Assembly: GCA_016703265.1 (NCBI GenBank)
Contig: JADJCK010000015.1
Coordinates: 8,586 to 72,585 of the forward strand
From: a bacterium
Lineage (GTDB): Bacteria; Krumholzibacteriota; Krumholzibacteriia; LZORAL124-64-63
Direction of reading: 5' to 3'
DNA length: 64,000 nucleotides
Of this stretch, positions 48,001-58,196 are shown piece by piece. The translations under genes were made by a program, and so were the position numbers. Every line of letters begins with the position of its first letter. The stretch's first letter is position 1. Below the pieces are notes generated by a model, which had not been told where the DNA came from, made no database searches, and worked only from the letters and a program-made list of their open reading frames with translations.

Positions 48001-49486
48001 CACGCGCCTGGCGATCTCGTTCCTGCTGGTCGCCCTGCTGCCCACGCTGCCGCTGTCGCTGGTGGTGCGCGACCTGCTCGAGCGGCGCTTCGGTCCGGCC
48101 ATCGCCGACCCGCTCGAGCTTGCGCTCGAAGCCGGCCTCGACGAAAGCCGCAGCCACCTGCAGGAACTGCGCGAGGGGCTCGCGCGTCGCGCCGTCGCCG
48201 CGGCTGCTTCCGCCGATGCCGGCGCCGTGCTGATGCTCGACCAGGCAGGCGCCGTGCAGCCCGCCGATTCGCTGACCGCGTTCGCCGCGGCGCGGCCGGG
48301 GCTCCTTGACCCGTTCGATCCCGCGGACGACCCGCAGAACGCCGCCGCCGCCGACACGCTGCCGGTGCGCCGCCGCGGCGACGCCCTCGTGGCGCGCGTG
48401 CCCGGGCCCGATGGCTCTGCCACCGTGGTCGTGCAGGCGCTGCCCGCCGGCATGGTGCAGCGCGCGGGCGACCTGACCGGCGGCGTGACCGTGCTGCGCG
48501 CCGTGCGCGCCGAGGAGGGCCGCGTGGTCCGCAGTTTCGTCGGCCCGTTCCTGCTCGTGTACGGCGCCCTCATCCTCGTGGCGCTGGTGGCCGGCCTGCT
48601 CTGGTCGCGGCAGATGGTGCGTCCGCTGGAGATGCTGGTCGGCGCCACGCGGCGCGTTGCCGGCGGCGACCTCGAGTTCCGCCTGGAGCGGCAGGGGCCC
48701 GGCGAGGTCGGCGAACTGGTGGCGAGCTTCGACGAGATGGTCGCGCGCCTGGCCGAGCAGCGGCGCGACCTGGCCCGCCTCGAGCGCGTGGCCGCCTGGC
48801 GCGGCATGGCGCGCACGCTGGCGCACGAAGTGAAGAACCCGCTCACGCCGATCCTGCTGGCGATCACGCAGGTGCGCGACGCCTACAAGGGCGACGACGC
48901 GACCTATCGCGCACTGCTCACCGAGGCTGTCGACATCACCGGCGAGGAGGTCGAAAGCCTGCGCCGCCTGGTGAAGGCCTTCGGCGACTTCGCGCGGTTG
49001 CCGCGCCCCGAACTGCGCGAGGGCGACCTGGTCGCGCTGCTGCTCGACCTGGAGCAGCTCTACGGCTCGTCGCGCCTGGAGCTGGGCGGCACGGCCGCGC
49101 CGGTGGTCGGCTGGTTCGATTACGATGCGCTGCGGCGCGCGCTGATCAACCTCATCGACAACGGGCTGGCGGCGTGCCGGCAGCAGCGCGAGCCCGAGCG
49201 CGTCTCATTGGTCCTCGAGCGGTTGCAGGTCGGCGCCCGCCTGGTGGTCAGCGACCGCGGGGCCGGCATCGCCCCGCAGAACCTGGCGCGCATCTTCGAG
49301 CCCGACTTCACCACCAAGAGCGACGGCATGGGCCTCGGCCTGGCCATCGTCGAGAACATCATCATCGGCCACGGCGGCGTCATCTCGGTGCGCAGCGAGC
49401 CCGGTCACGGCGCCGCATTCACCGTCGACCTGCCGTTGACGGCCGCCGTTGCCGCCACATCCGCCACCGAGGACGGTGCCGCGTGA
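47987..49486 (+). CDS. sensor histidine kinase (TM-HAMP-HisKA-HATPase; NtrY-like)
   Basis: HAMP RPLEMLVGATRRVAGGDLEFRL; H-box LAHEVKNPLTPI; N/G boxes NLIDNGL, DRGAGI, GMGLGLAIV. Confidence 0.85.
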   Translation: MKRISTRLAISFLLVALLPTLPLSLVVRDLLERRFGPAIADPLELALEAGLDESRSHLQELREGLARRAVAAAASADAGAVLMLDQAGAVQPADSLTAFAAARPGLLDPFDPADDPQNAAAADTLPVRRRGDALVARVPGPDGSATVVVQALPAGMVQRAGDLTGGVTVLRAVRAEEGRVVRSFVGPFLLVYGALILVALVAGLLWSRQMVRPLEMLVGATRRVAGGDLEFRLERQGPGEVGELVASFDEMVARLAEQRRDLARLERVAAWRGMARTLAHEVKNPLTPILLAITQVRDAYKGDDATYRALLTEAVDITGEEVESLRRLVKAFGDFARLPRPELREGDLVALLLDLEQLYGSSRLELGGTAAPVVGWFDYDALRRALINLIDNGLAACRQQREPERVSLVLERLQVGARLVVSDRGAGIAPQNLARIFEPDFTTKSDGMGLGLAIVENIIIGHGGVISVRSEPGHGAAFTVDLPLTAAVAATSATEDGAA

Positions 49487-50904
49487 GTCCCAGGGTCCTG
49501 ATCATCGATGATGAGCGGAACATCCGCCGCACGTTTGCCATGGTGCTGACTGCCGAGGGGTTCACAGTCGACGTGGCCGAGAGCGGCGAGGACGGCCTCG
49601 AGCGCTGCCAGGCCGAGCGTCCCGATGTGGCGGTGATCGACGTGCGGCTGCCGGGCATGGACGGCATCGAGGTGCTGCGGCGGCTGCGCGAGCACGACAC
49701 CGAGCTGCCGGTGATCATGATCAGCGGCCACGGGACCATTGCCACCGCGGTCGAGGCCACGCGCCACGGCGCCTTCGACTTCATCGAGAAGCCGCTCAGC
49801 AAGGAGCGCCTGCTCGTCGCCATCCGCAATGCGCTGGACCGCCGCGACCTGGGTCGCGAGGTGCGTGCGCTGCGCGACAAGGTGAAGAGGCGCGCGCTGA
49901 TGGTGGGCGAATCCATGCCCGTGCAGGCGATCCGCGAGCAGGTGCGGCGCGTGGGGCCTACCGGCGCGCGCGTGCTGATCACCGGCGAGAGCGGCACCGG
50001 CAAGGAACTGGTGGCGCGCGCGGTGCACGATGCCAGCGATCGTCGCGCCAAGCCCTTTGTGAAGGTCAATTGCGCGGCCATCCCCGAGGAGCTGATCGAG
50101 AGCGAGCTGTTCGGGGCGGTGAAGGGCGCCTACACCGGCGCCACCCAGACCCGCGACGGCAAGTTCCTGCAGGCCGACGGCGGCACGCTGTTCCTGGACG
50201 AGATCGGCGACATGTCGCTCAAGGCGCAGGCCAAGGTGCTGCGCGCATTGCAGGAGGGCGAGATCGAGCGCGTGGGCGGCAACGAGACCCACAAGGTCGA
50301 CGTGCGCGTGGTGGCCGCCACCAACAAGGACCTGGCTGCCGAGGTGGCGGCCGGCCGCTTCCGCGAGGACCTCTACTTCCGCCTCAACGTGGTGCCGGTG
50401 CACATGCCGCCGCTGCGCGAACGGCCGGGCGACATTACCCTGTTGGCCGAGCACTTCCTGGCCGCGTACCTGGACGAGAACGGGCTGCCGCAGCGCCGCC
50501 TGTCGGACAGCGCGCTGCTCGCGCTCCAGCGGTTGCCATGGCCGGGCAACATCCGCGAGCTGGGCAACGCCGTCGAGCGCCTGGCCATCCTCAGCAGCGG
50601 CGCGGTCATCTCCCCCGACGACCTGGCTGCCTGCGGCGTGGGCGTGGCGACGGCAACTCCGGCGCGTGCCGAGGCGCCCTTCACGGCCACGGCGACGGGC
50701 CGGCCCGACCTGGCCGCGGTGCGCGCCGCCGGCGGCCTGGCCGCGGCACGCCAGCAGTTCGAGAAGAGCCTCATCGTTGCGGCCCTGAAGCAGGCCGATG
50801 GCAACGTCTCGGGCGCCTCGCGCCTGCTCGGCCTGGACCGCACGAACCTGCACAAGAAGATCCAGCAGTACGGACTGGGCTCCGGGCGCGGGGGTGAGGA
50901 ATGA
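49483..50904 (+). CDS. sigma54-dependent response regulator (REC - AAA+ - Fis HTH; NtrX/NtrC-like)
   Basis: [21 protein letters not shown]; [15 protein letters not shown]; GAFTGA-type [10 protein letters not shown]; ESELFG; C-terminal [25 protein letters not shown] overlap with the kinase. Confidence 0.9.
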   Translation: MSPRVLIIDDERNIRRTFAMVLTAEGFTVDVAESGEDGLERCQAERPDVAVIDVRLPGMDGIEVLRRLREHDTELPVIMISGHGTIATAVEATRHGAFDFIEKPLSKERLLVAIRNALDRRDLGREVRALRDKVKRRALMVGESMPVQAIREQVRRVGPTGARVLITGESGTGKELVARAVHDASDRRAKPFVKVNCAAIPEELIESELFGAVKGAYTGATQTRDGKFLQADGGTLFLDEIGDMSLKAQAKVLRALQEGEIERVGGNETHKVDVRVVAATNKDLAAEVAAGRFREDLYFRLNVVPVHMPPLRERPGDITLLAEHFLAAYLDENGLPQRRLSDSALLALQRLPWPGNIRELGNAVERLAILSSGAVISPDDLAACGVGVATATPARAEAPFTATATGRPDLAAVRAAGGLAAARQQFEKSLIVAALKQADGNVSGASRLLGLDRTNLHKKIQQYGLGSGRGGEE

Positions 50905-51572
50905 TCGCGATGAGGTGCCTGCCCTGGATCGTCGTGGCGGCGCTAGGACTGGCCGTCCCGGTGCATGCCGACGAGGCGGGGGAACCGCCGCGCGCCGATA
51001 GGGTATCGGAGTCGCCGCGCCTGCGAACCTGGCACCTGGCGCTGCAATCGGTCGACGCGTGGCGCAACCACTTCGACGTCTTCGACCAGCCCGGCCTGCC
51101 GCCCGCGGGTGTGGACTCGCGCGGGAAGGGCGGCGGCATGGCGATCGGCCGCCGCTTCGGTGACCGGTTCCTGGCGCAGGTGCAGTTCGCGATCGCGCGG
51201 CACGACATCGACGACATGGACGAGCAGCTCATCGACATCGAGGTGCTCCTGACGGGCACGGTGTTGTTCCGTCCGCTGCGCACCTTCCAGCCGTTCCTGC
51301 GTGGCGGCCTCGGTGGTGGGGGCCAGGCGCTGGAGCTGCCGGGCAATGGCGGTCAGGTCGTCGCCGTGGGCCCGGTGGCCATCGCCGGCGGCGGCGCGCA
51401 GATCCGGCTCGGCGACAGGTTCAGCCTCGAGATCGAGACCGTGGCCACGTTCACCGACTTCCTCGAGGTGCACGACGAGTCGAATGACCGGCTCTGGGAC
51501 GGCGACGACTGGCAGGTGCGCATCTCCAATCGCGGCTGGCGTACCGGGGTCGGCCTCGTGTTCTGGTTCTGA
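50901..51572 (+). CDS. outer-membrane beta-barrel protein (hypothetical)
   Basis: ATGA overlap with the regulator; signal peptide; ends VGLVFWF. Confidence 0.5.
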   Translation: MIAMRCLPWIVVAALGLAVPVHADEAGEPPRADRVSESPRLRTWHLALQSVDAWRNHFDVFDQPGLPPAGVDSRGKGGGMAIGRRFGDRFLAQVQFAIARHDIDDMDEQLIDIEVLLTGTVLFRPLRTFQPFLRGGLGGGGQALELPGNGGQVVAVGPVAIAGGGAQIRLGDRFSLEIETVATFTDFLEVHDESNDRLWDGDDWQVRISNRGWRTGVGLVFWF

Positions 51573-51709
51573 GTGGCCGGACTTGAACGGCGATGGGCGT
51601 GAATGATCGCTGCGGTTGATCAGCACATGTGCGGCGACCCGACACAGTGCCAGATGCCTCTCGCGGCCGCTGAATGTCGAATCCAAGGCACAACCGCCTG
51701 AACCCACCA

Positions 51710-51723
51710 GGCACGAAACCTGC
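51710..51723 (+). promoter_or_regulatory. sigma54-like -24/-12 element GGCACG-N4-CTGC
   Basis: caGGCACGAAACCTGCcc with correct GG-N10-GC spacing, about 85 nt upstream of the ATG at 51809. Confidence 0.3.
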
Positions 51724-51808
51724 CCTTGCCGGCGCGATCCACCGCTGTCCGGCTCCAAGGTGCCGGCTGTCACCGCTGACGCGGCCGTTCAGGGGAGTTG
51801 ATCGCGAG

Positions 51809-54199
51809 ATGGCACGAGTGAGTCCTGGCCTCCCACCCCTGCTGACGCTGGCCTGCCTGTTGGCACTGGCTTGCCCGTTGGCGGCGGGCTCCGTTGCCTG
51901 GTCGCAGCCCACGGCCCTGCCCGACCAGCGCGTGAACCTGGCCGGCCAGGTGCTGGAACGGAGCACCCAGGCGCCGATCGGCGGCGCCATGGTCAAGCTG
52001 GCCCTCGTCGCCCCCGACACCGCTTCGTTGCCGATGTCCTGGTCCGCGTATTTCGGCCAGCTCGGCCGGCTCGAGGGCCAGTACGCGGATGAAGAGGGCC
52101 TGGTCACCTATACCGACTCGACCGGGACCTTCCGCTTCCGCGCCCTGCCGCCCGGGCAGGTGTCCGTCACGTTCCCGAACGCGGGCTATGCCCCGTTCGA
52201 GGCGACCGAGACGATCCGGCCCGACGAACTCGTGCAGCTCACGGTTCGCCTGCGCCGGCGGCAGTACGACGCGCAGGAAGTCGTGGTCTACGGCCGCCGG
52301 CCCGAACTGGAGACGTCGCGGCAATCGCTCGCCAGGCACGAGGTGGAACGGCTTCCCGGCACCGGCGGCGACGTGATCCGCAGCGTGCAGGCGCTGCCCG
52401 GCGTCGCGCGGCCGACGATGTCCGACCCGGGCGCCGTCATCGTGCGCGGCAGCGGCAACTTCGATACGCGGTTCCTGCTCGACGGCATCGACATCCCCCT
52501 GCTGTTCCACTTCGGGGGCGTGAAGTCGACGTACAACTCGCTCAGCCTGGGCTCGGTGGACCTGTATCCCGGCGGGTTCGGGCCGCGCTACGGCGGCTGC
52601 GTCGGCGGCCTGGTCGAACTGAAGGGCCGCGTTGCCCGTGACGACCACTGGCACACGACGATCGAGGCCGGCCTGCTCGACGCCAGCTTTCATACGGAAG
52701 GGCCGCTGGGCCGCGGCTTCGGCCTCACCCTGACCGCGCGGCGCAGCTTCATCGGTGAGGTAGCCGAGGCCGCCCTGAAGGACAACGACGACGTGCAGCT
52801 GGCGGTGGCACCTTTCTACGCCGACGCGCTGGCGCGCCTGGACTGGCAGGCCCACCCGGACCACCGCTTCTTCCTGACGTACTTCGGCGCCAGCGACCGC
52901 CTGGCGCTCGTTACGCCCGACAACAGCGCCGGCAGCCCGGAAGTCTCCGAGGCCACCGACGAGGTGCAGCTGGACCTGGCCTTCAGCCGCTTCATCCTCG
53001 GTTACGACGGGCAACTGGGCGAGCGCGTGCGCAACGAACTGCGCGCCTCGGCCGGTCGCGACCGCAACTCGGGCCACCTGCTGGGCGCCTTCCGCTTCGA
53101 CGGGCGCGGCCCCATCTACAACCTGCGCAACGACCTCGCCGTGACCTGGCGTCCGGACGTGGTCTCGCACGTGGGCGCCGACCTGATCTACAGCACGTAC
53201 GACTACGCCGTGAAGGTCGCGGGCTACCCGGAGTCGGCGCTGGCCGACAAGGAGTTCTCGGACCTGGGAGCCTACGCGAGCGTTGAGCTGCGTCCGCTCG
53301 CAAACCTGCTGGTGACGCCGGGCGTTCGCTACGACTACTACCACCATCTCGACAAGAGCCGCCTCGGCCTGCGCACGTCGGTGCGCTGGGATTACCGCGA
53401 AGGGCGCGTGCTCACCGCCTCGGCGGGCGCCTACAACCAGGCGCCGCGGCCGATCGGGCAGTCGACCGACCCGATCTACGGCAACCCCGACCTGCCGCCC
53501 ACCACGGCGCGGCACCTGACGCTGGGCCACGAGTGGCAGCTGGGCGCGAATACGTCGCTCAAGGCCGAGGGATACCACAACACACAGGACGACGTGCCGG
53601 CCTACGCCGACATCAACGACGTGAACTTCCTGCCCGACGCGCAGGCGCGCATGTACGGCCTGGAGTTCATGCTGCGGCACGAAGTGAAGGGCCGCTTCTC
53701 CGGCTGGCTGGCCTACAGCATCGGCCGCAGCGAGCGGCGCTTTGCCCGCGATCCCGGCACCGGCGACTCGTGGTCGCCCGACTCGTGGCTGCCGCACGAC
53801 ATTGACCAGACCCACCATCTCGAAGCCACCGGGACCTGGGAACTGGGGCGCAACTGGTCGTTCGGTTCGCGGCTGCAGTTCGTTTCCGGCGTGCCGGTAA
53901 CGCCGCTGCTCAGCTACACCAGCGGGCAGTTCGAATTCGACGCCGACACCGGCAACTACGTGCCGGTCGAAGGACCGTACCTGTCGGACCGCGTGGAGCC
54001 GTACATGCGGGTCGACCTGCGCGTCGACCGCAAGTTCGTGCGGCGCAGCACGGTCTGGTCGCTGTTCCTGGACCTGCAGAACGCGAACTACTTCGTCTAC
54101 AACAGCCCCGAGGGCTACACCTACAACTACGACTACTCACGGCGCTCGTCGTACGGCTGGATCTTCCTGCCGTCGCTCGGCGCGCGCGTGGAATTCTAG
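51809..54199 (+). CDS. TonB-dependent-receptor-like outer-membrane protein with N-terminal carboxypeptidase-regulatory-like domain
   Basis: LAGQVLERSTQAPIGGAMVKL (CarbopepD_reg-like); plug GGDVIRSVQALPGVAR; long barrel; terminal SLGARVEF. Confidence 0.7.
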   Translation: MARVSPGLPPLLTLACLLALACPLAAGSVAWSQPTALPDQRVNLAGQVLERSTQAPIGGAMVKLALVAPDTASLPMSWSAYFGQLGRLEGQYADEEGLVTYTDSTGTFRFRALPPGQVSVTFPNAGYAPFEATETIRPDELVQLTVRLRRRQYDAQEVVVYGRRPELETSRQSLARHEVERLPGTGGDVIRSVQALPGVARPTMSDPGAVIVRGSGNFDTRFLLDGIDIPLLFHFGGVKSTYNSLSLGSVDLYPGGFGPRYGGCVGGLVELKGRVARDDHWHTTIEAGLLDASFHTEGPLGRGFGLTLTARRSFIGEVAEAALKDNDDVQLAVAPFYADALARLDWQAHPDHRFFLTYFGASDRLALVTPDNSAGSPEVSEATDEVQLDLAFSRFILGYDGQLGERVRNELRASAGRDRNSGHLLGAFRFDGRGPIYNLRNDLAVTWRPDVVSHVGADLIYSTYDYAVKVAGYPESALADKEFSDLGAYASVELRPLANLLVTPGVRYDYYHHLDKSRLGLRTSVRWDYREGRVLTASAGAYNQAPRPIGQSTDPIYGNPDLPPTTARHLTLGHEWQLGANTSLKAEGYHNTQDDVPAYADINDVNFLPDAQARMYGLEFMLRHEVKGRFSGWLAYSIGRSERRFARDPGTGDSWSPDSWLPHDIDQTHHLEATGTWELGRNWSFGSRLQFVSGVPVTPLLSYTSGQFEFDADTGNYVPVEGPYLSDRVEPYMRVDLRVDRKFVRRSTVWSLFLDLQNANYFVYNSPEGYTYNYDYSRRSSYGWIFLPSLGARVEF

Positions 54200-54208
54200 G
54201 GGGCCGAC

Positions 54209-55372
54209 TTGCGATACCTGCGCTGCCTCTTCGTACTGCTGCCGGCCGCCGCGCTGCTGGCCGGTTGCGGCGAGGGCTTTCCCGACGAGGAGATGCACCT
54301 TGGGCTCGACACCAAGGTGCGTCCGTTCGCGATCGTGGTCGAGCCGCCGGAAGCGGCCCCCGGCGATACCGTGCAGGTGACGCTGCACGCCCGTGCGCCC
54401 CGGCCCGACGACCTGGACATCACCTGGCGCGTGGCGCTGGACTTCGACCGTGGCCTCTACGATGTCGACGAGGTTGAACGCAACCTGCGGACGCTGGCCG
54501 TACCGCCGCCCGTGATCGACGCCGACGGCTTCCTGACCCAGACCTTCAGGTGGGTGGTGCCCGATTCGACGCTGCTCTACAGCTCGGCGATCCCCGAAGT
54601 GCCCGACGACCCGGCGCTGCCGGCCATCGTGGCGCTGCTGCCCGGCCTGGACGCCAGCCCGCCGCTCCGCAAGGACGAGATCGACACCTGGCTCAAGGCG
54701 CACGACATCTACGATGTGCTCGCGATGGACCTGCCCACGCAGGCCGCGACCTGGGCGCTTGCCGACCGCTTCGCCTGCGCCGTGCGCCTGCGGGCCACCC
54801 TGCGCACGGACGTCGTGGTCGACGTGACGCGCAACCTGACGGTCCGCTATACGCGCCAGCTGGGTGGGCCCAACGGCAACCGCAATACCGGCGTGCCCCT
54901 GTTCGAGGTGGTGGCCCTGGAGAAGCGGGATGCTTCGATCGCCGACATCTCCGCCGCGGGCGTGCCACAGACCCGCTACCCGTTCGTCGACTACTTCGGG
55001 GGTCGACTTGCCGAGCGCGTCGACGTGCCTCTTCACGACGACTGGACCTACTACATGCGTTCCAGCTATGACGCCCAGTACTACTCGTCGCCCTGGGATC
55101 CCACGTTCATCACCTATGAGTCCGGACACACCAGCTGGTACTACTACAGGCAGGACGCGCCGACTTCGGATCACGTCTTCTTCGTCACCGAAGAAGGTGA
55201 CGATGCGGAGATGTGGAACCTCGACGAAACGGCGCGGATCATGCCCGACGGGCCGGGCTCGACCTTCCGGGTCGTCTGCGTCGTGCGTGACGATCGCATC
55301 GAATGGGTGTCGTTCAACGCCACGCCGGGCTCGGCGCTGGTCGAGGGCATCGTTGCGTTCCAGGCGCCCTGA
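54209..55372 (+). CDS. lipoprotein, unknown function
   Basis: Lipobox LLAGC after a hydrophobic leader (TTG start); no family recognised. Confidence 0.5.
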   Translation: MRYLRCLFVLLPAAALLAGCGEGFPDEEMHLGLDTKVRPFAIVVEPPEAAPGDTVQVTLHARAPRPDDLDITWRVALDFDRGLYDVDEVERNLRTLAVPPPVIDADGFLTQTFRWVVPDSTLLYSSAIPEVPDDPALPAIVALLPGLDASPPLRKDEIDTWLKAHDIYDVLAMDLPTQAATWALADRFACAVRLRATLRTDVVVDVTRNLTVRYTRQLGGPNGNRNTGVPLFEVVALEKRDASIADISAAGVPQTRYPFVDYFGGRLAERVDVPLHDDWTYYMRSSYDAQYYSSPWDPTFITYESGHTSWYYYRQDAPTSDHVFFVTEEGDDAEMWNLDETARIMPDGPGSTFRVVCVVRDDRIEWVSFNATPGSALVEGIVAFQAP

Positions 55373-55474
55373 GGGGGCGGGTGCGGACGACGCCTGCCCT
55401 CTCTCGTCACACGACTGCCGCCACGAAAACGAGGTTGTCCACCAAAGGGCCAGCCGCGGACCCGGCAAAACCGC

Positions 55475-58126
55475 TTATCGCACCAGCTGCACCTTCACCG
55501 TCGCCGCGCCCCCAGGCGTCCGCAGACGTCCCAGGTAGGTGCCGCTCGGCAGCGAGCGCCCCGCGTCGTCGCAGCCGTCCCAGGTCCAGGCCTGGGGCCC
55601 GGCCGCCAATGCACCGGCGGCCAGTACGCGCACGCGACGCCCCGCGATGTCGAACATCTCCAGCGTGGCGAAGCCGCCCGACGCCATCTCGAAGCGCAGT
55701 TCGGTGCGCGGATTGAACGGGTTCGGCGCCGCGACCAGGCGCGGGGTCGCCGCCGGAAGTGCCCCGGGAGCGCCCGCAGCGCCGGCGGCCGCGGCGAAGA
55801 CGGCCGTGCGCGTGATTGTTCCGCCGGAAGGCATCACCGAGGTTGCGGGTGTCGTCTCGTCCGTCTCCAGCCAGCGCACGAAGACCGAGCCGGGCTCAGG
55901 CAGCGCCGTGATCGTGACCGGGTTGCCGCGGAACCAGGTACCGGTGAAGGGGAAAGGCGAGCCCGGCACCGGGAGGCCCGCCGTGTTGGCGTCGATCACG
56001 ACGCCACCCATCGCCACGCTGCCACGTGCCGGGTCGCTCACATGCACCACGACCGTGCCGGTGCCCGGCAGGCCGAACATCGCCTGGTAGTGCTGGCGCA
56101 CGTAGGGCGGACGATTGTCCGTGAACTCGCGCAGCCAGCTGACCCACTGCGCCCAGTCCTGGTCCACGTCCCAGCGCGCATACCAGGTGGGAATGGCCGG
56201 CTCGTACTGGTCGGCATAGCCGTCGATGATGGGCACGAGATGCGATGGGCGGAACGTCGTGTTCAGGTGGGCGGCCATCGCATTGATGAAGTCGCTCCGG
56301 AAGCCGTCGTTCTCCAGCAGGCCGCGCAGCAGTTCGGTCGACCAGGCCGGCACATCGGTGGCCTGGGTGGCGCCGAACAGGGCGTCGTAGTCGGCCCAGT
56401 GGAAGCAGGCGTCCATGTCCTTCAGGGACCAGCGCCACTTGCCGTCGTGGCCGTACGGCGCGCCGGCCACGGTGCCGGCGGTATTCCGGCGCCACATCAC
56501 GACGTTGTTGTCCGGCCAGTCGGTGTTGGCGGCGTAGATCTCGGCCGTGCACCAGGCGATGTAGTTGGCCATGTCCATCAGCGAGTCGGCGTGCGCGAAC
56601 GCGGCGGCGTTGTTCATGTCGTGCGCGGCTACGTAGTCGCGCAAAGCGAAATACGGCAGGTTGGCGTCGGCGGGCCCATCGTCGACCTCGCCGTTGTTCT
56701 CCAGAAGCACCACTTCGGATTCGGGAATGCCGTAGACCCGCTCGTAGTAGAAGCGGCTGTACTCGTCGCGCAGGTTCGCCAGGCCCCAGTACTCGCCGTC
56801 CAGGAACTGGATCACCGGGCGTCCGGCCTGCGTGTCGAAACCCATGTCGCCGAACATCGTGTGCAGGGCCAGGTCGCGGAAGTCGAGGTGGTATTAGTCG
56901 TCGCCGGAGCTGCGCAGGCGGAATCGTGCCCAGGCGGAGTAGGGCAGGTCCGGGAACAACTGGGTGCTGAAGTCGGTATCACCGTATTCGGCGTCGGCGT
57001 ACAGTTTGAGCGACTTCTGCGGCAGGCGCACCGTCCAGCTGCCGCTGATGCGTGCGCCGGCGTCCTGCGAAAGCACCAGGCCGCCGCTCGCGTCGAACAA
57101 CTCCACATGCACCGGCCGTTCCCAGGCTGAGCCGCTCTCGAAGTAGTTCCCGCTCCAGGCGATGTCCGGATCCCAGAGGTTGCCCGGCACATAGATGCCG
57201 GTCGCGTCGTCGAACAGGTTCGCCGGATCGGTCGCCAGCGAGATGACGGGGAAGAAACAGCGCGAGGCCACCTCCGCCCCGACGATGAAGGATTGTGTGA
57301 CGACGGCGCTCGGTTCCAGGCCGCTGCGGAACGCGCGCGCCCGCACCACCGTGATCTTGTCGATGTTGCCCGCCGGCGGTCGCCACGCTTCGTGTCCGCT
57401 CGCGATGAAGTTCGTGGGGATCAGCGAGAAGAAGTTCGGGTCGTCCGCGCGATCGTCGACGGTGAAGGGCGCGGTGTAGAGCGGCGATGTCGCCGTCGGT
57501 ACGCTGCCGTCGAGCGTGTAGCGGATCTGCGCGGCCTGGTCCAGGCAGGCCATGGAAAGGCTGAAGGACGCGGCGCGGAAGCCGGCCGGCCTCGAGAACA
57601 GCGGCGCAGGCACCGTGCCCGTGGGCAAGCCGTTGGCGGCGCCCGGAGTGGCCACCGGGTAGATCGACCACGTGGCGCCGCCGTCGGGCTGGCGCGCATA
57701 CGAGCGGTCGGCAGTCAGCGCCATGGCCGGCGCCTGGTCCAGCAGTGTCACGCCGTTGGCCGCCGTCAGGAGCACGGGCTCCCCCGAGGCGCCCAGTTTG
57801 AAGTTGGTATGCAGCTGGCCGCCGCCGCGCACGCCGTTCTTGTCCGAGGCCCAGACCAGCAGCCAGCCGTGGGCCGGCACCGATCCCTGGGGGAACTGCC
57901 ATTTGAGGGGCACCGCGGCGTCATCGCTCAACCAGCAACCGGTGAGGTTCACGGTCGCGGCCCCGGGATTGTAGAGCTCGATCCAGTCGGAGTAGGCTCC
58001 GTCCACATCGACCCGCGTGGCCGTGTTCGAACTCATGTACTCGTTGATGAACACGGTCTGGGCCGCAGCCGTCGAAGCGAAGGAGAGCAGCAGGAAGGTC
58101 AGAAGGCGTTTGGCAAAGGCGCGCAT
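55475..58126 (-). pseudogene. lamin-tail-domain + CotH kinase-family surface protein with FlgD-Ig-like tail, interrupted by in-frame TAA (56894-56896)
   Basis: ORFs 56894..58285 and 55475..56857 are in the same frame. Sequence ..RLRSSGDD-TAA-YHLDFRDL.. aligns to ..VRNSGDDWGYIGFRDL.. in the intact paralog downstream. LTD FINEYMSSN..DWIELYNPG..NLTGCWLSDD; CotH core QFLDGEYWGLANLRDEYSRFYYER. Confidence 0.7.
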
Positions 58127-58196
58127 GGATGGGCCCTTCTTTCGCCTGCCGGCGGCCGCATCACCGCGACCGCCGGCTTCGGTTCCCCTCCGTAGC

